Origin: Archangium sp.
GTDB lineage: Bacteria; Myxococcota; Myxococcia; Myxococcales; Myxococcaceae
Length of the DNA stretch: 13,394 nucleotides
Assembly: GCA_031367385.1 (NCBI GenBank)
Contig: JANLPS010000544.1
Coordinates: 1-13,394, forward strand
Reading direction: 5' to 3'
The translations under genes were made by a program, and so were the position numbers. The notes under the pieces were generated by a model. It saw only the letters and a list, made by a program, of their open reading frames with translations. It had not been told where the DNA came from and searched no databases. Shown here one piece after another: positions 1 through 6,165 of this stretch (its first letter is position 1; each line of letters starts with the position of its first letter).

Positions 1-1443
1 GTTCATGCCCACCCGTGTCCACACGCGGTAGCGGCGCACGGGCGAGCTCGGCGCGGCCCAGGTGATGTAGGCGTGATCGGTACGGTTGGCGGTGTAGAAG
101 CCCGCGTTCTGAGCCGTGAGAAATGAGCTCTCGGTCGCCGAGGGGTCGCTCTCGATCACCGAGGCGCGGGTGGTGGCGACGGCGTTGGCGTTGTCAGCGG
201 TGTCGGGTTCTTGATTCACCGCGGCCACGGTCAACGCGGTTGAGTCGCTGCCGATGGCGAAGACGAGGTCATCGAGGCCGTTCGAGACCGACAGCGCGTC
301 GGGCGCTTGCGGCTGCGTGTAGGGTATGACCCGCGAGCGAATGTTGCCGGCGATGTCGGCCATCTGCTGGTTGTTGAAGTCAATCTGGTAGCGAAAGCCG
401 GCCTCGAGATCAGTGGTCGGCGTGATGGTGAAGATGGTGCCGGTCGTGTCCCACTTCTTGTCGAAGAGAATGGTGAGCTGCGAGTTGACCGGGTCGTCAG
501 GGCGGTTGCGGGGCCCGATGCGGCGAAAGCCGGTGACCATGCTCAGGCCACGCTGAACGTTCATCGGCTCGCTGAAGGTGAGCACGATCGGCTTGGTCGC
601 GTCGGCGGCGGCGAGCACCGCGTCTTCTGAGGGCGAGGTGACGGTCACGTACGGCACGGTCGGGTCAGAGGCCGGCCGGGGGGCCAACACCACGGGGGGG
701 AGCACCGTGACGACTCCCAACTCGAGGGCGGTGAAGGTGGTGCCCTGGTAGTTGTTGGCGCCGCCCGCGAAGACCACGTTCTGGTCGGGCAGCACGATTT
801 GGTACACCGCGCCCTCTTCGATCGCGGTGAATGAGAACTTGCCGTCGTTGCCCGAGGTGGCGGTCGCGACGGTGGCTCCGTTGGGCACCGAGGTGCTGTT
901 GGAGCGGCTGACCAGCGCGATGGTCGAGTTGTTCTTGGGCTTGAGCTGCTCGTCGAAGAGGGTGCCGTTGATCACCGCGCGGGCCTGGCGCACGGTGAAG
1001 GTCAGGTTCGAGACCAGGTACGAGACCGGCGTGCTGTCTTGCACCGCGTTCGAGGTCTGAGAATTGGTGGTGTCGGCGCGGCGAAGCTCGGTGAACTGAA
1101 CCGCGACCTGCTGGCTGCGAAATTGTTTGTAGACCCGGTCGCCTTTGACGCTCTTCAGGTCGAGGTTGACGCTGTAGGTGCCCGAGGCGCCGCCGGCGCT
1201 GTTGGGGTTCGAGCTCGCCGGTATGTCGACGAACGAGAAGGTGCCGCTGGCGTCGGTGGTGATCGTCTGCGAGTGGCCGTCGTAGTTGATCGTGATCTTC
1301 GCGCCTTCAACGGGCAGCTGATCATACGAGTCGACGACAGTGCCCTGCAGCGTGCCCTTGGGGGCGAAGGTGCCCACGGGGTCTACGGGTCTGCTCGAAC
1401 AGCTCACGGCAATCGCGGCGACACACACCAGTGCAATTCGCAA
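1..1443 (-). CDS. Large surface lipoprotein, 3' end outside the window: two carboxypeptidase-regulatory-like (CarboxypepD_reg) beta-sandwiches, a Big_5/SbsA-type Ig domain and the start of an FN3-like domain
   Basis: Absent from the ORF track because it has no stop in the window; hand translation gives 481 open codons. TTG start at 1443 with GGAG 7 nt upstream. MRIALVCVAAIAVSC is a lipoprotein signal with lipobox Cys. Motifs: GTLQGTVVDSYDQLPVEGAKITI..TTDASGTFSFVDIP; INGTLFDEQLKP..ATSGNDGKFSF; DPTVPYVTVTSP..PIVLTFSEPMN..DIAGN; AYITWAAPSSPVRRYRVW. Strong GC3 in this frame. Confidence 0.88.
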   Translation of the reverse strand, partial: MRIALVCVAAIAVSCSSRPVDPVGTFAPKGTLQGTVVDSYDQLPVEGAKITINYDGHSQTITTDASGTFSFVDIPASSNPNSAGGASGTYSVNLDLKSVKGDRVYKQFRSQQVAVQFTELRRADTTNSQTSNAVQDSTPVSYLVSNLTFTVRQARAVINGTLFDEQLKPKNNSTIALVSRSNSTSVPNGATVATATSGNDGKFSFTAIEEGAVYQIVLPDQNVVFAGGANNYQGTTFTALELGVVTVLPPVVLAPRPASDPTVPYVTVTSPSEDAVLAAADATKPIVLTFSEPMNVQRGLSMVTGFRRIGPRNRPDDPVNSQLTILFDKKWDTTGTIFTITPTTDLEAGFRYQIDFNNQQMADIAGNIRSRVIPYTQPQAPDALSVSNGLDDLVFAIGSDSTALTVAAVNQEPDTADNANAVATTRASVIESDPSATESSFLTAQNAGFYTANRTDHAYITWAAPSSPVRRYRVWTRVGMN

Positions 1444-1531
1444 ACGGAGGCTCCAGGTTTTTGAGAGAGGGGGGCAACAGCGCGGCAGAGCTTAGGCAAG
1501 GCGCGCTCAAAGACGAGTCAAATCGATTTCG

Positions 1532-3187
1532 ATGCGTTCGGTGGCAATGACGCAGTACGTTTCGCGCGTGCTCCTACTCGCGATGACGGTAGTGGTCGGC
1601 GCAGGTTCTGCTTCTTCTGGTGACCGAACCGCGGTGATGGTCTTTCCCACTGGCGCGGCCAGCGCTCAGGCGAAGGAGCTCGCGCTGAGCAATGCCCTCG
1701 GTGAGAGCGGCGTGCCGGTCGCTGATCTCGAGGCGCTGTTCGTCGCGGCGCCCGGCGAGAACGCGGCGGTCGGGTTGGCCAAAGAAGGCCGCGACGCGTT
1801 CGACAACCTCGACCTCGAGCTGGCGGCGAAGAAGCTGATCGAGGCGCTCAATTTCTTGAACAAGAACCCGGCCCTGGCTGACGCGAAGCAACTCGCCGAG
1901 CTCAACGTGTGGCTCGCGACCGTGGCACTGCAAAACGGAGCGATCGGGAAGTCGAAAGCCACCGATGCGCTGATGCGGGCGGTGGTGTTCGACCCGGCCT
2001 ATGTGATCGACACGCGGGTGCTGGGCCAAGACGTCAAGAAGGAGTGGGCGCGGGTGCTCGCGGTGGTCGAGGCGAAGCCAAAGGGCACCTTGCGTTTCGC
2101 GGCTCCGGCCACGGCCGCGCGCTTCAGAAACAAGACCCTCGCGGGCAATGCGTCGGTGCCGGTGCCCCCGGGGCGACACCTGGTGCAGTTCACCAGGCCC
2201 GGGTTTCAACCGGCTGGGGTGTACGTCGAGGTCATGCAAGACAAAGAAGCGGTCGCGACCACCGAGCTCGTGCCCGTCGCCGAGTACGCCACGGTTCGCG
2301 CCAAGGTGCAGCCCGCCGTGGGTTCGGGCTCGTTCTCACCCGCACTGGCTGACGCCGCGAAGGCCTTGGGCGCCCGGTACCTGGTGCTTGGCCAGGCCGA
2401 CGGCGAGCTCGAGGTGTGGGACACGGTGGCTCACGAGCGCTCGAAGAAGGTGTCGACCGCGGCCGAGGTCAAGGCGTTCATTGCGTCTCGCAAGACGGTG
2501 GCCGTGAGCGAGGCTGGTGGTGCTTCGAGTGGTGAAGTGGTGGCCGAGGTGAACCCTGTGGCAAAGGCGCCGCTGGCGTCGACCCGTGGGGCGAACCCGA
2601 TTGGCCAGGGCATCGCGGTGCGGGCGCAGGTCTCGGCGGGCACCAGCGCGGCGCTCAACACCAACGTGCTGGGCGTTGAAGTGGCTGGCATCTACGGGTT
2701 TCGACCGAACCTCGATCTCGGCGCGCAGGTTCGGGTACCGCTGACGGCGTACGGGGTGGCTCCAGGGGTGAACGCGCGCTGGCGCTTCGCCGAAGATGGG
2801 CGTTTGTCGCTCGCGGTGGTGGGGTCGATTGACCTGCCGCTGGGGTTCGTGAACCGGGGGGCGTCGGTCGGGCTGTCGGTGACTCCGGGCGTGATGGCCT
2901 CGTACGTGTTGTCAGACAAAGCCGAGATCTTCGGAGGCGTGTTGGCCTCGTACAATCACCTGTTTTACAGCAACCCCCGCGTGGTCGGCACCGGCTCGCC
3001 CGGCGTGATGGTCGCGGCCCGCGGAGGTCTTTCGTACGGGTTGATGGAGAGCATGGCCGCCTACGCGAGCATCGACGTGGCCGGTGGCTATGAGCCGCTG
3101 CGCCGGTCGATCGTGATCGGCAATGCCGGCACGGGCATCGCGATGACCGCGTCGGTGGCGGTCGGGTTTCAGATGCGAATTCGGTGA
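1532..3187 (+). CDS. Secreted/outer-membrane PEGA-domain protein: signal peptide, TPR-like helical region, PEGA-like domain, C-terminal amphipathic beta-strand (barrel-like) domain
   Basis: 551-aa ORF; alternative start at ATG 1547. Hydrophobic N-terminus VLLLAMTVVVGAGSA. Helical segment AKEGRDAFDNLDLELAAKKL..ATDALMRAVVFDP. PEGA-like KGTLRF..VPVPPGRHLVQFTRPGFQP. The last ~190 aa show alternating hydrophobic strands and end ASVAVGFQMRIR. Confidence 0.8.
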   Translation: MRSVAMTQYVSRVLLLAMTVVVGAGSASSGDRTAVMVFPTGAASAQAKELALSNALGESGVPVADLEALFVAAPGENAAVGLAKEGRDAFDNLDLELAAKKLIEALNFLNKNPALADAKQLAELNVWLATVALQNGAIGKSKATDALMRAVVFDPAYVIDTRVLGQDVKKEWARVLAVVEAKPKGTLRFAAPATAARFRNKTLAGNASVPVPPGRHLVQFTRPGFQPAGVYVEVMQDKEAVATTELVPVAEYATVRAKVQPAVGSGSFSPALADAAKALGARYLVLGQADGELEVWDTVAHERSKKVSTAAEVKAFIASRKTVAVSEAGGASSGEVVAEVNPVAKAPLASTRGANPIGQGIAVRAQVSAGTSAALNTNVLGVEVAGIYGFRPNLDLGAQVRVPLTAYGVAPGVNARWRFAEDGRLSLAVVGSIDLPLGFVNRGASVGLSVTPGVMASYVLSDKAEIFGGVLASYNHLFYSNPRVVGTGSPGVMVAARGGLSYGLMESMAAYASIDVAGGYEPLRRSIVIGNAGTGIAMTASVAVGFQMRIR

Positions 3188-3191
3188 ATCC

Positions 3192-3233
3192 TTTTTTCGT
3201 GGGCGACCCTTGGTCGGTCACCACGATCAAAAA
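3192..3233. other. Imperfect stem-loop just downstream of the PEGA gene (possible transcript-end structure)
   Basis: TTTTTTCGTGG (3192-3202) pairs with CCACGATCAAAAA (3221-3233) around an inner CGACC-CTT-GGTCG hairpin. The T-runs precede rather than follow the stem on both strands, so it is not a textbook intrinsic terminator. Confidence 0.35.
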
Positions 3234-3383
3234 CGTCAGTAAACGTCGACGACCTCGCGCTGCAGGAGCTGGTGCGCCGGTTCGCGACGAGCTGCTCAAA
3301 CACCGCCAAAGCCGATTTACCGGCCCGGGCGGCGTCAGGAGCGAAGAAAAAACGCTGCCCTTACAGCCACTTGTCAGACCCTC

Positions 3384-3411
3384 TTGATACTGTTCATTTG
3401 TTCAGTATCAA
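3384..3411 (+). promoter_or_regulatory. LexA operator (SOS box) overlapping the probable imuA promoter
   Basis: Perfect 9-bp arms TTGATACTG-N10-CAGTATCAA, 23 nt upstream of the imuA ATG. The core CTGTTCATTTGTTCAGT (3390-3406) matches 15/17 of the M. xanthus LexA consensus as I recall it (CTRHAMRYBYGTTCAGS) and has CTG-N10-CAG geometry. TTGATA at 3384-3389 is -35-like. The site is an AT-rich island in GC-rich DNA. Confidence 0.85.
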
Positions 3412-3434
3412 TACCACCTCAAGAGGGTTCGCCA

Positions 3435-4316
3435 ATGCACGCAGAAGTCATCAGCCAGGGTCCCGATCAGCGAACGACGGTCATCGATCGGTTGCGCGAG
3501 CAGATACGCCAGGTGCAGGCGGCGCCCAGACAATACCTCGCGACCCTGACAACCGGCGTGCAGGCGGTCGATGCGCTGGGGCTGTTTCGCCTGGGCGGCG
3601 TGGTCGAGCTGACCGGCGAAGAGGCCTCGGGGCGCACCAGCTTGGCGCTCAAATTGGTGGCCTCGGCCTGCCGAGAAAAACGGCTGGCGGCGTGGGTCGA
3701 TGGGCCGGCTGAGCTGTACCCCCCGGCGGCGGTGCCGTTGGGCGTCGAGCTGCGGCGGTTGCTGGTGGTGCGGCCCAAAGCCCCGGGGCAGCTGGTCTGG
3801 TCGGCAGTGCAGCTGCTACGCAGCGGGGCGTTCACCTTCGTGGTGCTCGACGTCTCGCACACCGGGGTTCGGCTCTCGCTCATCGACACCAAGAAGCTGA
3901 CCGACGCGGCGCGCGCAGGGGGCTCGTTGCTGGTGGTGCTCACCACGCTGGCTGCGACCGCGCAGGGGTTTACCCGCGTTGAATTGCGGCACCGGGCGGC
4001 GGGGCACTTACGGGTGGTCTCTGGTGGGCAAGACGCTGACGACGAGCTGACCCTCGAGGTGACCCGCTCGTCGCAGGGCGGCATGGGCAAGCACCTGAGC
4101 ATTTCGCGGGCCGGGTTCTCGACCATGGGGCCGGTGCGCGCTCGGAGGGCTGAGCGGGTCGGGCCAGAGGCGGCTCCGGGGCTCGAGCTGCCGCAGGTGG
4201 TGATGAAGAGCTCACTGCGACGGCCCAAGAAGAACATGATGCGCGATGGCGTGGGGTTCAACGCGAGCAGACCCGGGCGCGATTCGCCGTTCGAGCTCGC
4301 CCGTAACTTCAAGTGA
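3435..4316 (+). CDS. imuA: ImuA, RecA/SulA-like accessory protein of the SOS mutagenesis cassette (293 aa)
   Basis: RecA-like fold motifs: LTTGVQAVDAL, VVELTGEEASGRTSLAL (Walker A with K->R, 3615-3641), AAWVDG..LYPP, LLVVRP..LVWSAVQLLRSGAFTFVVLD. First gene of the imuB-dnaE2 cluster. Start moved from the track's TTG 3384 (inside the operator) to ATG 3435, which has AAGAGGG upstream. Confidence 0.92.
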   Translation: MHAEVISQGPDQRTTVIDRLREQIRQVQAAPRQYLATLTTGVQAVDALGLFRLGGVVELTGEEASGRTSLALKLVASACREKRLAAWVDGPAELYPPAAVPLGVELRRLLVVRPKAPGQLVWSAVQLLRSGAFTFVVLDVSHTGVRLSLIDTKKLTDAARAGGSLLVVLTTLAATAQGFTRVELRHRAAGHLRVVSGGQDADDELTLEVTRSSQGGMGKHLSISRAGFSTMGPVRARRAERVGPEAAPGLELPQVVMKSSLRRPKKNMMRDGVGFNASRPGRDSPFELARNFK

Positions 4317-4327
4317 AAGGGGCCACC

Positions 4328-6073
4328 ATGCGATTGGGTGCGCTCTTTTTGCCGAGGTTTCCGCTCCAGCGGCTGGTGCTCGAGCAGCCTTCGTTGTCAG
4401 GTCAGCCGATCGTGCTGCACGCCGATGATCGAGGCTCGCAGCGAGTTCATTTCGTGTCGGCCTCGGCGGTGAAGCTCGGGCTGCGGCCAGGCATGACCGT
4501 CTCTGCGGCGGCGGCCATCGTGCCCACGGTGGTGAAGCGGCCGTTCGATGTCGAGGCCGAGACCAAGGCCCTGGTCTCGCTGGGTGAGCGGTTGATGGCC
4601 GCGTCTCCTGCGTTTCAGGTCGATGCGCCCGAGGGGCTGTGGCTCGACGCGTCGGCCTCGCACCTGGCGGGTGGTGAAGCGCTCTGGGGCAAAGTGCTGG
4701 TGTCAACCCTGGCCCAGGCCGGGTATCGCGCGAGGTGCGTGGTGGCCTCCGAGCGGTTCACCGCGCAGGCGTTGGCGAGGTTTGGTCATGAGCCGCTGGC
4801 CGTCGTTGGGGCGAAGACCAATGCCCAGTTGGCTCCCCTGCCCTTGCAGGCGCTCGAGGTCGGCTGGTTGGGCGCCGGAGCGACCGCGCCATTTCGCTCA
4901 TTGGGCTTGAGCACCCTGGGCGAAGTGGCCGGGCTCGCCTCGGGGGCGTTGATCGCCCGCTTCGGCACGATGGGGTTGCACGCGGCCCGGCTGTGCCGGG
5001 GTGAAGACGACTCGCGCTTCGTCGCGCAGGCCTTGCCCGAGCAGGTGCACGAGCGCGTGCAGCTCGACTGGCCCGCCGAGCACCTCGAGCCCTTGCTCTT
5101 CGCGCTGAAGATGTTGGTCGACCGGTTGTGCGGGCGCTTGCAGGGCCGACAGCAGGCCGCGGTGCAGCTGACGGTGACGCTCTGCCTCGAGTCGCGTGAG
5201 CGGCAAGCGGTGCCCTTGCGGTTGGCCCGGCCCACCTCGCAATCGAAGCTGCTGCTCGAGCTGATTCGGCACCGGTTGACTGATTTGACGGTCACGCAGC
5301 CGATCAGCGCGCTCGAGGTGCTGATCGACGAGGCCTGCGCCGACCCCGGGAGGCAGCTGATGCTGGGCGATGCGCCCGCGGGCGAAGCCGAGCTCGAGGT
5401 GGTGCTCTCGCGGCTGCAATCGGCCTTGGGGCCAGACACCTTGTTCTCGGCGGTGCCCCAGGCGCAGCACCGACCTGAAGATGGGTGGGTCGCGACGCCG
5501 TTTCGGCCTCCTGATGCGGGGCGGTTGTCTGACATCTGGGGCGTGGTCGACGCCGATTGGGCGCTCGGCACCGAGCAGACCGAGCTGGTCGTTGATGAGC
5601 CGCTCGAGGCGCCCGCGTGCTTGAGCCCCTTGCCGCAGAAGCCCGAGGCGGCTCCACCGATGTGGTTGCCTGGGCAGGCCCAACGCAGCGACGAAGAGGC
5701 CCAGGTGCTCGACCTGGTGGCCTTCATCGACAAACAGGCCGGTCAACCGCACCTCAAGCCCAAGGCGAAGAGCGTCGAGGTGCCGAAGACGGCGACCAGC
5801 ACGATGTTGGCGCGGCCTCCGAGGGTGTTTCGGCAACCGTCGGTGCTGCACGTCGACGTGGCGGCCGACGGGGTGATGCGGTGGGTGACGCTGTTGGGCA
5901 AACGCCGGCGCGTCGAGTCACTGGCGGGGCCCGAGCGGCTGACCGGGGCGTGGTGGGCACCCGAGCCCTTCGCGCGTGACTACTACCGGGTGCAAATCGA
6001 AGGGGTGGGGGCGTTGTGGGTCTTTCGCGATGGTCAAGACGGCGATTTCTACGTTCAGGGGATGTTCGATTGA
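4328..6073 (+). CDS. imuB: ImuB, catalytically inactive Y-family polymerase scaffold (581 aa)
   Basis: Y-family N-terminus lacking the catalytic acidic motifs (LFLPRFPLQ; DAPEGLWLD), then GLRPGMTVSAA and LGLSTLGEVA. Clamp-binding-like QLML (5354-5365), RecA-NT-like ELEVVLSRLQSALGPDTLF (5390-5446), and ImuB-C domain GPERLTGAWW..RDYYRV..LWVFRD..FYVQGMFD. ATG 4328 has AAAGGGG upstream; GTG 4313 overlapping the imuA stop is an alternative start. Confidence 0.93.
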   Translation: MRLGALFLPRFPLQRLVLEQPSLSGQPIVLHADDRGSQRVHFVSASAVKLGLRPGMTVSAAAAIVPTVVKRPFDVEAETKALVSLGERLMAASPAFQVDAPEGLWLDASASHLAGGEALWGKVLVSTLAQAGYRARCVVASERFTAQALARFGHEPLAVVGAKTNAQLAPLPLQALEVGWLGAGATAPFRSLGLSTLGEVAGLASGALIARFGTMGLHAARLCRGEDDSRFVAQALPEQVHERVQLDWPAEHLEPLLFALKMLVDRLCGRLQGRQQAAVQLTVTLCLESRERQAVPLRLARPTSQSKLLLELIRHRLTDLTVTQPISALEVLIDEACADPGRQLMLGDAPAGEAELEVVLSRLQSALGPDTLFSAVPQAQHRPEDGWVATPFRPPDAGRLSDIWGVVDADWALGTEQTELVVDEPLEAPACLSPLPQKPEAAPPMWLPGQAQRSDEEAQVLDLVAFIDKQAGQPHLKPKAKSVEVPKTATSTMLARPPRVFRQPSVLHVDVAADGVMRWVTLLGKRRRVESLAGPERLTGAWWAPEPFARDYYRVQIEGVGALWVFRDGQDGDFYVQGMFD

Positions 6074-6165
6074 GCTCACTTTTTTCATTTCGATTTCGGG
6101 TGGTCACCGCGGCGGTTGCGCTGCTGACGCTGCAAGTGCTGCTCGAGCGGCTGTTGACGCCATGA
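6070..6165 (+). CDS. Putative 31-aa hydrophobic micro-protein MSSLFSFRFRVVTAAVALLTLQVLLERLLTP, coupled between imuB and dnaE2
   Basis: TTG 6070-6072 overlaps the imuB TGA (TTGA). TGA 6163-6165 overlaps the dnaE2 ATG (ATGA). AGGGGA lies at 6057-6062, 7 nt before the start. Codons 10-30 are almost all G/C-ending, as in the real genes. It is below the ORF-track length cutoff. Confidence 0.5.
   Translation: MSSLFSFRFRVVTAAVALLTLQVLLERLLTP

Noticed and set aside
123..1464. Plus-strand ORFs 123-329, 307-630, 752-1060 and 1039-1464
   Set aside because: They are antisense shadows of the minus-strand lipoprotein gene at 1-1443.
1520..1529. 10-bp palindrome AAATCGATTT in the divergent intergenic region, and tandem AAACGTC at 3231-3247
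   Set aside because: Both are too short to distinguish from chance, and I cannot assign a regulator.
1547..1559. 13-bp identity ATGACGCAGTACG (MTQY) shared with the dnaE2 start at 6162-6174
   Set aside because: About one 13-mer repeat is expected by chance in 13 kb of GC-rich DNA, and the flanks do not align.
3184..3434. ORF 3184-3387 and the TTG 3384 extension of imuA
   Set aside because: This region is the AT-richer promoter/operator interval. The TTG lies within the LexA palindrome and the peptides look non-coding.
5976..6161. 62-aa N-terminal extension of DnaE2 in the ORF track
   Set aside because: It overlaps the conserved imuB C-terminus and has poor codon bias. The family N-terminus starts at ATG 6162.
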